Assembly (NCBI GenBank): GCA_027451665.1
Contig: DAIDIW010000001.1
Coordinates: 159,773 to 223,772 of the forward strand
Reading direction: 5' to 3'
Source of the DNA: Candidatus Kaiserbacteria bacterium
Lineage (GTDB): Bacteria > Patescibacteriota > Minisyncoccia > Phycocordibacterales > Phycocordibacteraceae
DNA length: 64,000 bases
Below the pieces are notes generated by a model. That model did no database searches. It was given only the letters and a program-made list of their open reading frames with translations, and was not told the origin of the DNA. A program made the translations under genes and the position numbers. This document shows, piece after piece, positions 56,586 through 64,000 of the stretch. Position 1 is the first letter of the stretch, and each line of letters begins with the position of its first letter.

Positions 56586-57194
56586 TCATACGGAGGCGTT
56601 CTTTTTTCCGCTCACGAACGGATTGCCTTTGATATAAAAACGCCAGGGAAGCTCTACGCCTTGGCTGATGCCGATGCGACCAGAGGTGGCGATGTCATTC
56701 TTCGCGATCTCTGCCGCGTCATAGATCGCGAAGTCGCCTCCCACAGGCCGCACATTCTCGTGGCCCGTCACGCCGAATGCCTGGCAGAACTTTGCAGGGC
56801 CATTGCATAGATTCCGCGCGGCGTCCGTCTTCCGTCGTCGTTTCATGACGTCGATCCCTTCGACGGGCTCGACGGCGCGGATAAGCACGGCGCCTGCGGT
56901 GCCCTTATTCGTCGTTACGTTCGCGCACCAATGCATGCCGTACGTGAAGTAGACGTACCAGTGGCCGTGGGTCTCGAGCATGGGGAGCGAGCGCTTCGTC
57001 ACCTTATACGCGTGCGATGCGGGATCGTTCGCGTAGGCCTCGGTCTCGACGATGATGCCTGAGCAGCTTCCTTTCTTCACCACCTTGCCGAGAAGCTTCG
57101 GCGCGAGCGTGACGGCATCGCCCTCGAACCATTTCTGGGGCAAGGATTTCATTTTGGATAGCATAGAAGGAACCGGCATGTATAGGCAATCCAC
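56586..57194 (-). CDS. DNA-3-methyladenine glycosylase (Mpg/AAG family)
   Basis: IVETEAY…HAY…YVYFTYGMHWCANV motifs. Confidence 0.8.
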   Translation of the reverse strand: MDCLYMPVPSMLSKMKSLPQKWFEGDAVTLAPKLLGKVVKKGSCSGIIVETEAYANDPASHAYKVTKRSLPMLETHGHWYVYFTYGMHWCANVTTNKGTAGAVLIRAVEPVEGIDVMKRRRKTDAARNLCNGPAKFCQAFGVTGHENVRPVGGDFAIYDAAEIAKNDIATSGRIGISQGVELPWRFYIKGNPFVSGKKNASV

Positions 57195-57214
57195 CCCTAT
57201 AGGCTGGGAAGAAT

Positions 57215-57244
57215 AGAGAAGCCCAGCGTACGCGGGGCTTCTCT
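57215..57244 (-). terminator. Terminator hairpin downstream of the tmRNA
   Basis: AGAGAAGCCC-(10 nt)-GGGCTTCTCT. On the minus strand it is followed by AUUCUUCC. Confidence 0.45.
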
Positions 57245-57256
57245 AGTGAATTATGT

Positions 57257-57667
57257 GGAGGTGCGGGGAATCGAACCCCGGTCCGGATCTATCAGAGAAA
57301 GCGAGTCTACGACGCATAGTCCCCGTTAGGTATTCCGCTTAGATGCGAGGAACGGGAACGAAACCATTCTAAGCGTAGCCCTAAGGTTCAGCTGCGGATC
57401 GGGCGGTCCGCGACCTAGCTCACAGGAGATTCCGCCAGGCTCCCGCGCTGTGGGCGCCGGAAGGGAGCTGACGTCGCGCTAAGCGAAACCGGTCAAAAGC
57501 GGTTTACGCGTAGGCGAACGTGAAGTCGTTAGCCGTAAAGTACGGCGACGTCACGCTTGCAAGAGTGTTCTTGGCAAGTTTTGTGCCTCGCAGATTAAGG
57601 TGTCGGCGAGACATGCACCGCGTCGCACGTCTTTCAATGAGCAGACCGTCAAAGCCGGTCACCCCCG
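57257..57667 (-). ncRNA. ssrA: tmRNA (ssrA), about 411 nt; tag ORF 57505..57534 encodes ANDFTFAYA plus UAA
   Basis: 5' GGGGGUGACCGGCUUUGACGG… is colinear with the canonical tmRNA 5' end. 3' tRNA-like T-arm CCGGGGUUCGAUUCCCCG plus acceptor CACCUCC plus A. Acceptor pairing includes the G3·U70 Ala identity wobble. Resume codon GCU then AAC GAC UUC ACG UUC GCC UAC GCG UAA. Adjacent to smpB. Confidence 0.8.
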
Positions 57668-57728
57668 AAGAGCACAGGAGACGTATAAATAGTGAAAATG
57701 TCTTCCGTGCTCTTCGGGGCTGATCGAA

Positions 57729-58175
57729 TCAGCGGTTCTTTAAGAGCCGCTCGGTCTCGCGTGAAGCGTCGCGCTTCTTCAAATCCTCGCGGCGATCGGC
57801 TTTGCCTTTGCCGCGTACGATCGCGACGCGAACCTTGAGATGCCGCCCAGCAGTATACACCTCAAAAGGCACAGTTGTCAACCCCTTCTTGCTCTCCGCG
57901 TCCGCGAGCAGCGCGATTTCCTTCTTATTGAGGAGGAGCTTGCGCGGCGCTTCGGCGTCGTAGTCCTTTCGCGCGTTCGATGCCTGGTAGGCGGGGATGG
58001 TCATGCCGGTAAGGAACGCCTCGCCGCCGCGCACGATGACCCGCGAACCCTCCATGCTCCCGAGCTTGTTCCGGAGCGCCTTCACTTCCTGGCCGGACAG
58101 CACGATACCCGCCGCGAATGTCTCGAGGGCGGCGTACTTCAGATGAGCTTTCTTATTCTCGACCAGGGTGGCCAT
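57729..58175 (-). CDS. smpB: SsrA-binding protein SmpB
   Basis: …AGIVLSGQEVKALR…FLLNKKEIA… The size (148 aa) and order (smpB then ssrA) are typical. Confidence 0.9.
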   Translation of the reverse strand: MATLVENKKAHLKYAALETFAAGIVLSGQEVKALRNKLGSMEGSRVIVRGGEAFLTGMTIPAYQASNARKDYDAEAPRKLLLNKKEIALLADAESKKGLTTVPFEVYTAGRHLKVRVAIVRGKGKADRREDLKKRDASRETERLLKNR

Positions 58176-58190
58176 GAACGCGACTATACA

Positions 58191-59030
58191 CTATGAATGC
58201 GTAATACCGAGGAACGCTTCGATCTCCGTGCGCTTCCCGAGCAGGTCGTCGACGCCCATGTTGTAGGCCTCAGCGACCTTGCGGCGTACGCGCGTGAAGA
58301 TGCTCGTGGGAAGCGGATAGGTGGGCGAAATGACGAGGATGTCGACGTCCGCGGGCAGGTGGTCCCATTCGGCACGCGTGATGTCCTTCATGACCAGGTG
58401 GCGGACCATGGGCGGCGCAAAGAGCGCATACAGTCGAGTGAACCATTCCTCGATGGGCGGCAGCGCAGTCGCATTCGCGATGACTAGGATCTTCGTCGCG
58501 CCTTCCTTTCGCGCCTTCCGGATGAGGTCTGCGACCGAGAGCGAGATGTCGCCGTCGATGTAGCGTTTGCCTCCGAGCCGAACGGCGCTGTTATAGAGGA
58601 ACGGTATAGCCTTTGCTGCGCGCATGATCTCATACGGCTCAAACCACAGGTCGTTTGTCGCATAGTCCGTCTCGCCGGTCTCCAGATTCGTGATGGGGAC
58701 GAACCAACGCGTCTTCGTCCGCGCGAGCGCATCGTGCGAGAGTGGGAGGTCGCGCCGCAAAATCGTGTCTACCACGTAGTCGAGTCGCAGCCGAGGCGGG
58801 AAGATGCCCACGATCTCCGGGGAGGGGATGTAGCGGAGCCACACTTTTGCGATGTCCTCATATTGTTTGGTGAGGTAATAGAACATGGCGCCGACCGAGC
58901 CGGATGCGGATATGAAGATATCGGGTTCGACGTACTTGAGTCGGGTTGCGAGCGTGACAAGCGCGCCGGCAGCATAGGCGCACTTCATACCCCCTCCGGA
59001 CGTGACGATGGCAATCCGTTCCTCAGGCAT
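58191..59030 (-). CDS. Patatin-like phospholipase
   Basis: Oxyanion loop SGGGMKCAYAAG, GxSxG nucleophile elbow (ASGSVGA), DGD catalytic Asp. Confidence 0.8.
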   Translation of the reverse strand: MPEERIAIVTSGGGMKCAYAAGALVTLATRLKYVEPDIFISASGSVGAMFYYLTKQYEDIAKVWLRYIPSPEIVGIFPPRLRLDYVVDTILRRDLPLSHDALARTKTRWFVPITNLETGETDYATNDLWFEPYEIMRAAKAIPFLYNSAVRLGGKRYIDGDISLSVADLIRKARKEGATKILVIANATALPPIEEWFTRLYALFAPPMVRHLVMKDITRAEWDHLPADVDILVISPTYPLPTSIFTRVRRKVAEAYNMGVDDLLGKRTEIEAFLGITHS

Positions 59031-59055
59031 TATCTAGAGTATAGCGGCAAAAATA

Positions 59056-61065
59056 GTGCATTCTCGCTTACTTTTGTATAATCACCTCATGCCTGCACCG
59101 CGCAAGCCCCGGAATCCGGGCAGCACTGATCCGAAGAACCGGAAGAAGAACGGGAAAGGTCCTGGATGGCGCCCGTTCTTTGGCGGACCTACGTTCTTTA
59201 GCAACCTGGTGACGACCATTGTCATCTTCCTGCTCCTCATGAGTGCCTATTCGCTCGCCGTGAGCTTCTCGCAGCCGTCGAACGTGATCCCGTTCTCGCA
59301 AGTGGCGAGCGACGTCGCATCCGGCAAGGTGCAATCGATCGACGTATCGGGCGATTCGCTCAGCCTCACATACGTAAATGGCGCGACGAAGACGTCACGG
59401 AAAGATTCATCTTCGGACCTCACGAGCGAGCTCGCCAATTACGGCGTCACGCCCGCAGAGCTCTCAAAGGTCGCCGTGACCATAGAAGGACAGGGCGGCC
59501 TCTCGTTCTGGCTCATCACGCTCGGACCGACGCTCCTCGGCTTTATCTTCATCGGGCTTCTGTTCTGGTTTCTTATGCGTCAGGTTCGCGGCGCGGGCGT
59601 CCAGGCGTTCTCCTTTGGACAATCGAAAGCGCGCATGATCGATCCGGCAGACCTGTCCCAGCGCGTTACCTTCAAGGATGTCGCAGGGGCCAAGGAGGCG
59701 AAGGAAGAGCTTGTCGAGATCGTGGACTTTCTCAAGAATCCGAAGAAGTTCCTCGATATCGGGGCACGCATCCCGAAGGGTATCATCCTCATGGGCGCGC
59801 CGGGTACCGGGAAGACCTTGCTCGCCCGCGCGGTTGCCGGGGAGGCGGGCGTGCCGTTCTTCTCCATTTCGGGTTCCGAGTTCGTGGAGATGTTCGTTGG
59901 CATCGGCGCTTCGCGCGTGCGCGATCTCTTCCAGATGGCTAAGCGCGCTGCGCCGGCCATCATCTTCGTGGACGAGATCGATGCGGTTGGTCGCGTACGC
60001 GGTACGGGTGTCGGCGGCGGTAATGATGAGCGCGAACAAACCCTCAATCAGATCCTCGTCGAGATGGACGGTTTCGAGCCGAATGAGAAGGTTATCGTCA
60101 TGGCCGCGACGAACCGGCCGGATGTGCTTGATCCTGCGCTCCTGCGCCCGGGACGCTTCGATCGCCGGGTTACGATCGACCTGCCGGATCGCTCCGATCG
60201 CGAGGCGATATTGAACGTGCACGCGAAGGCGAAGCCGCTCGGTCCGGACGTGAAGCTTTCAGTCATCGCGGAACGTACCCCCGGCTTCTCAGGCGCCGAG
60301 CTCTACTCGCTCATGAACGAAGCGGCGATCCTCGCCGCGCGTGAGAACCGCAAGGAGATCACGCAGTACGATCTCATCCGCTCGATCGAGAAGGTCATGC
60401 TCGGTCCGGAGCGCAAATCGCATCTCCTCACGAAGAAGGAAAAGGAGCTGACTGCGTACCACGAGGCGGGTCACGCCCTCGTTTCTTCAATACTACCCTT
60501 TGCGGATCCGGTGCATAAAGTCTCCATCATCAGCCGCGGCCGTGCGGCAGGATACACGCTCAAGCTTCCGTTCGAGGACAAGAAGATGCAGTCGAGGAAG
60601 CAGTTCTATGATGACATCGCGGCGACCCTGGGCGGCTATGTCGCCGAGGAGATGCTCTTCGACGATCTCACGACCGGACCTTCGAACGACCTCGCGGTCA
60701 TCACGAATATAGCTCGCAATATGGTGGCACGGTTCGGCATGAGCGAGAAGCTTGGGCCGATCGCCTTCGGCACGCGCGAGATGGGTAATGAGCCCTATTC
60801 AGAGAAGGTGGCCGCAGAAATCGATGCCGAAGTCTCTCGCATCATCGACACGCAGATGAAACGGGCGCGCACGGTGCTCGAGGATCATCGTGGTGCGCTC
60901 GATTCCATCGCGAAGACGCTTGTCGAAAAGGAGACTATTGAACGTGAAGATTTCGAGAAGCTGCTCATCCTGAACGGTATCGAACCGAAGAAGCCCGACG
61001 AGGATATTGTGCAGCCCGCTGTCGTCATCGCTCCGGACGCTGACAAGCCGCACGGCATCGACTAG
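59056..61065 (+). CDS. ftsH: ATP-dependent zinc metalloprotease FtsH
   Basis: Two TM segments, AAA+ Walker A GAPGTGKT, Walker B IIFVDEID, second region of homology, HEAGHA zinc motif. Alternative start ATG 59089 lies just after an extended -10 TGTATAAT. Confidence 0.95.
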   Translation: MHSRLLLYNHLMPAPRKPRNPGSTDPKNRKKNGKGPGWRPFFGGPTFFSNLVTTIVIFLLLMSAYSLAVSFSQPSNVIPFSQVASDVASGKVQSIDVSGDSLSLTYVNGATKTSRKDSSSDLTSELANYGVTPAELSKVAVTIEGQGGLSFWLITLGPTLLGFIFIGLLFWFLMRQVRGAGVQAFSFGQSKARMIDPADLSQRVTFKDVAGAKEAKEELVEIVDFLKNPKKFLDIGARIPKGIILMGAPGTGKTLLARAVAGEAGVPFFSISGSEFVEMFVGIGASRVRDLFQMAKRAAPAIIFVDEIDAVGRVRGTGVGGGNDEREQTLNQILVEMDGFEPNEKVIVMAATNRPDVLDPALLRPGRFDRRVTIDLPDRSDREAILNVHAKAKPLGPDVKLSVIAERTPGFSGAELYSLMNEAAILAARENRKEITQYDLIRSIEKVMLGPERKSHLLTKKEKELTAYHEAGHALVSSILPFADPVHKVSIISRGRAAGYTLKLPFEDKKMQSRKQFYDDIAATLGGYVAEEMLFDDLTTGPSNDLAVITNIARNMVARFGMSEKLGPIAFGTREMGNEPYSEKVAAEIDAEVSRIIDTQMKRARTVLEDHRGALDSIAKTLVEKETIEREDFEKLLILNGIEPKKPDEDIVQPAVVIAPDADKPHGID

Positions 61066-61120
61066 GCTTCTCAGGTGCTATACTGGAATCCTGGAACGCA
61101 CCTAAGAGAGGAGTAGAGCG

Positions 61121-61447
61121 ATGTCTCAATCAGAAGAAGGTATCTTGCTGCCTATCGAGTGGCTCAAGAATGCGCGGCCGTTCAAGCCGTGTGCCCGTTT
61201 CATACCGCCCATGAATCAGCTGACGCTGCTCAACGAGGACGCACCGTATCGTTCCCGGGAGTTCGGGCAATTTGCCATCCTGTACGCACCGGATGAGCTA
61301 CAATCCGTAGGCGTGCATGTGTTCAATGCGCACGCGCTCATAGCGTCGTCCGTTCATGAAGCGCTCACTCCGGGAGAACTCGCCTGCGCGTGCGTACGCT
61401 CGCTCCGCAATCGAGTCAAGCGACGCATATCAAGATGTTTCCGTTGA
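61121..61447 (+). CDS. Hypothetical protein
   Basis: 108-aa ORF with a strong GAGGAG RBS 8 nt upstream. No family recognised. Confidence 0.4.
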   Translation: MSQSEEGILLPIEWLKNARPFKPCARFIPPMNQLTLLNEDAPYRSREFGQFAILYAPDELQSVGVHVFNAHALIASSVHEALTPGELACACVRSLRNRVKRRISRCFR

Positions 61448-61537
61448 ACATCGTGCAAACGGGCGCTCCGCGAGCGCTCGTTTGTTCTTTCGCGTGTGGC
61501 GTGCGAGGAACGCGCAACCAGTGTAGATTTAGGTAAT

Positions 61538-61611
61538 CCGCCCTTAGCTCAGCTGGTTAGAGCACGGAGCTTATACCTCCGGGGTCCTTGGTTCGAGTCC
61601 AAGAGGGCGGA
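61538..61611 (+). tRNA. tRNA-Ile (anticodon TAT, reads AUA)
   Basis: Acceptor CCGCCCT/AGGGCGG, D-arm GCTC-AGCTGGTTA-GAGC, anticodon stem CGGAG/CTCCG with loop CTTATAC (U33, UAU, A37), T-arm CTTGG-TTCGAGT-CCAAG, discriminator A. Confidence 0.75.
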
Positions 61612-61616
61612 CTTGG

Positions 61617-61648
61617 AACATGCCCCGCCGATTTTGGCGGGGCATGTT
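61617..61648 (+). terminator. Perfect 13-bp GC-rich hairpin after tRNA-Ile (no U tract)
   Basis: AACATGCCCCGCC-GATTTT-GGCGGGGCATGTT. Resembles the hairpin after tRNA-Thr(CGT). Confidence 0.4.
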
Positions 61649-61661
61649 GGTCCGGAAGCAT

Positions 61662-62123
61662 TCAGCGCGACCGGTATTCGGAAAGGAACGGATTATGTCC
61701 TTGCATGAGGTCTTCCTTGAGCATGAGGAGTGTGTGTCCCCGTCGACGCTCGACTGAAATCCGTATCGAGAGCGCGTCGACGCGCGGTACGTCCGCGTGT
61801 TCGGCGGTAGTGATGCCAAGCACCACGATACCGCGCTGGTTTGCGAACAGGCGTTCGCTTTCATGCTCGTGATATGGCTGCAGCAGCACTGAGCCTTCGC
61901 CCGGTGCGAGGGCGATCCGGGCAGCGGCCACTTCGCAGAGGCCGTACCGAAGGCTCAAGAGTGCAGTGGACAGATTCGAGGCGGAGATGAGGAGATCTTC
62001 GGCAGGTACCCATAGGTGGTACCACGTGGTGAGAATTCCTGTGCTCGCGTTCGCCTCCACGGAAAATGAAAATTGACGACGGATGACCGAGTGGCCAATC
62101 GGTACGGCAGCACGTTCTTCCAT
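61662..62123 (-). CDS. Hypothetical protein (possible metallophosphoesterase-like fold, weak)
   Basis: 153-aa ORF. A His/Asp-containing segment (…LLQPYHEHESE…IVVLGITTAEH…) is only faintly reminiscent of the YfcE class. Confidence 0.3.
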   Translation of the reverse strand: MEERAAVPIGHSVIRRQFSFSVEANASTGILTTWYHLWVPAEDLLISASNLSTALLSLRYGLCEVAAARIALAPGEGSVLLQPYHEHESERLFANQRGIVVLGITTAEHADVPRVDALSIRISVERRRGHTLLMLKEDLMQGHNPFLSEYRSR

Positions 62124-62178
62124 GGCAAGTCCCCCAACGTTTCTAAATGAAGTCTAGCACCATGCGCGCTGTATGGGA

Positions 62179-64000
62179 TTACTCAAGGTGGAGCGACGCG
62201 CCAGCACCCCGTGCTCGCGAAGCGAGCACGGGGTGCTTCGCGAGCTTCGGATCCGCATCGAGTAGCCGCGCGGCCTCAGTACGTGCGGCTTCCACCATGC
62301 GGATGTTCTTCAGCGCTTCCATCGCGATATCGGAAACGCCCCATTGACGGGAGCCGGCGAGTTCTCCCGCGCCCCGAAGCGCGAGATCGTACTCTGCGAG
62401 CTCAAAGCCGTCCTTAGCTTCCTTGAACGCCTTCATCCGTTCGTGTGTCGTCTGTCCGGATGATTCCGGGAGCGCGAAGCAATACGCCTGGTGCGTGGAG
62501 CGGATGACGCGGCCGCGTAGCTGATGGAGCTGCGAGAGCCCAAAGCGTTCGGCACCCTCGATGAGGATAACCGTCGCATTCGGCACGTTTACGCCGACCT
62601 CGACCACCGAGGTGGCGACGAGGATATCTACCAGTCCTCCGGCGAAGGCTTGCATCGACGCCTCTTTCTCAGCCGGTTTCATCTTGCTATGCAGGATGCC
62701 GATCGTCGCGGTCGGGAAAACCTCCTTCTTCAGACGTTCGGCCTCCGCCTTCACGCTCTTTGCCTGGAGCGCAAGTTCCTTTGTAGGATCCGGCTCATCG
62801 ATCCGCGGGCAGATGACGTAGGCCTGCCGGCCCTGCGCGAGCTCTTCGCGTACGCGCGCGTACGCCTCTTCGCGCCGGTCCTTCGCGAGGACCTCGGTGC
62901 GGATGGGTTTGCGGCCTGCGGGCATCTCGTCGAGTACCGTAAGGTCGAGATCACCGTAGATCGTGAGGGCCAAGGTACGGGGTATCGGCGTCGCCGACAT
63001 TGAGAGCAAATGGGGAGCCACGGTATCTTTCGTGACGAGCTTTTGCCTGTGGACGGTGCCGAACCGATGCTGCTCGTCGATGATCGCGTAGGCGAGATGC
63101 TTAAATGCGAGCGATCGCTCGATAAGCGCATGCGTGCCGATAACGATGGGGATGGTTCCGTCGAGAATGCGCTTGCGGAATGCCGCCTTCGAGATCTTCG
63201 CTGACTCTTCGTAGCGGACCTTCGACGGAAATACGCGACATTCGTTGCCGGTTACGAGCCCAATCGGTATGGGATGGTCCCGGAAGTACGAGACGAACGT
63301 AGAGAAATGCTGCTTTGCAAGTATTTCGGTCGGTACGAGGTACGCGACTTGCAGAGTTCCGGCGATGCGGCCGGGCGGCGTTGAGGTCGCCACGAGATAG
63401 CTGGTCGCGGCCGCGACTGCGGTTTTGCCGCTGCCTACATCACCCTCGAGGAGCCGCAGCATGGGATGTGCCTTCTCAAAATCGGTGACTATTGCGTCGA
63501 TAGCGCGCGTCTGCGCGCGCGTCGGCGGGAAAGGGAACGAATCGATGAAGCTCCGGAGCGCAGCGCGGTCGACCGCGACCGGCAACGCTTTCTCCTCGAC
63601 AATCTCTCGCCGGCGTTTCTGCACCGCGAGCTGGAGCGCGAAGATCTCCTCGAACGCGAAGCGCTTGCGCGCTGTCTGCGCGTCGTCAGTCTTGCGCGGT
63701 GCATGTATCCAGACGAGCGCGCTCTGGAGCGATGGCAGCCTATATCGCTCGAGGATTTCGGACGGTATCGGATCCTCGAGCTGCTCATGAGCGTGCGCTT
63801 CAAATACCTTCCGCAGCGCATGGAAAAACCAGAGCGAGGAGATGCCCTGGCTTTCCGGATACACGGGATACAGCGTATCGATCGATTTGCCCGACGCATG
63901 GGTGAACAAAGTCTCGTGCACATCCTCGGGAGCGACGGCGGCACGGTCAATGTCAGGGTTCGCGATATAAGGCGCCTCGGCTGAACCGGTAACCCGCCCG
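62179..64000 (-). CDS. recG: ATP-dependent DNA helicase RecG (N-terminus beyond the window edge)
   Basis: Helicase motif I GDVGSGKT, motif II IIDEQHRFG, motif VI QLRGRVIR. The frame stays open upstream to position 64000. Confidence 0.9.
   Translation of the reverse strand, partial: GRVTGSAEAPYIANPDIDRAAVAPEDVHETLFTHASGKSIDTLYPVYPESQGISSLWFFHALRKVFEAHAHEQLEDPIPSEILERYRLPSLQSALVWIHAPRKTDDAQTARKRFAFEEIFALQLAVQKRRREIVEEKALPVAVDRAALRSFIDSFPFPPTRAQTRAIDAIVTDFEKAHPMLRLLEGDVGSGKTAVAAATSYLVATSTPPGRIAGTLQVAYLVPTEILAKQHFSTFVSYFRDHPIPIGLVTGNECRVFPSKVRYEESAKISKAAFRKRILDGTIPIVIGTHALIERSLAFKHLAYAIIDEQHRFGTVHRQKLVTKDTVAPHLLSMSATPIPRTLALTIYGDLDLTVLDEMPAGRKPIRTEVLAKDRREEAYARVREELAQGRQAYVICPRIDEPDPTKELALQAKSVKAEAERLKKEVFPTATIGILHSKMKPAEKEASMQAFAGGLVDILVATSVVEVGVNVPNATVILIEGAERFGLSQLHQLRGRVIRSTHQAYCFALPESSGQTTHERMKAFKEAKDGFELAEYDLALRGAGELAGSRQWGVSDIAMEALKNIRMVEAARTEAARLLDADPKLAKHPVLASRARGAGASLHLE

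Noticed and set aside
57715-57731. GGGGCTGATCGAATCAG on the plus strand, resembling a tmRNA 5' end
   Set aside because: It overlaps the smpB stop codon region and has no tRNA-like 3' domain downstream on that strand. The real tmRNA is on the minus strand at 57257..57667, with full 5'/3' pairing.

Overview
This is a high-GC (about 60-63% by eye) bacterial chromosomal segment with compact, mostly co-directional genes. Housekeeping genes are clearly recognisable: ftsE, ftsX, pyrG, a compact prfB, typA/bipA, cfa, smpB with an adjacent tmRNA, ftsH, msrA/msrB, and a 3'-partial recG. There are six tRNAs: Met-CAT, Asp-GTC, Thr-GGT, Thr-CGT, Gln-CTG and an unusual Ile-TAT. Many envelope proteins are present: a roughly 1,600-aa LTD/beta-helix surface protein with a PG-binding anchor, a CAP-domain protein, an MliC-like protein, and a PcsB-like coiled-coil peptidase. 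The tRNAs, LTD protein, PG_binding_1 domains and compact RF2 suggest a CPR/Patescibacteria-like or other uncultivated lineage, but that is only a guess. The most interesting content is fivefold. (1) A tightly packed five-gene operon-like cluster at 14278-20599, apparently lower in GC from ~15.3 kb and clearly so in the histidine kinase (~40-48%), next to tRNA genes. It encodes an aminotransferase, a PaaK-like adenylate-forming ligase, a tandem nitroreductase-fold protein, a degenerate E1/ThiF-like protein and a membrane histidine kinase. I read it as a candidate undescribed small-molecule or peptide modification system. (2) A flavinylation-type extracytoplasmic electron-transfer module: an FMN-bind protein, ApbE, and an RnfD/NqrB-like membrane domain fused to an FNR-like reductase, with a standalone paralog of that FNR module nearby. 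(3) A membrane-anchored S41 peptidase carrying an HPD-less J-domain-like insert. (4) A 24-bp duplication of the tRNA-Gln 3' end followed by low-GC cargo, consistent with the scar of an integrative element. (5) A decayed PG-binding/FN3/EGF-like surface-protein gene. All calls are from reading the sequence and the ORF track; no searches were run.
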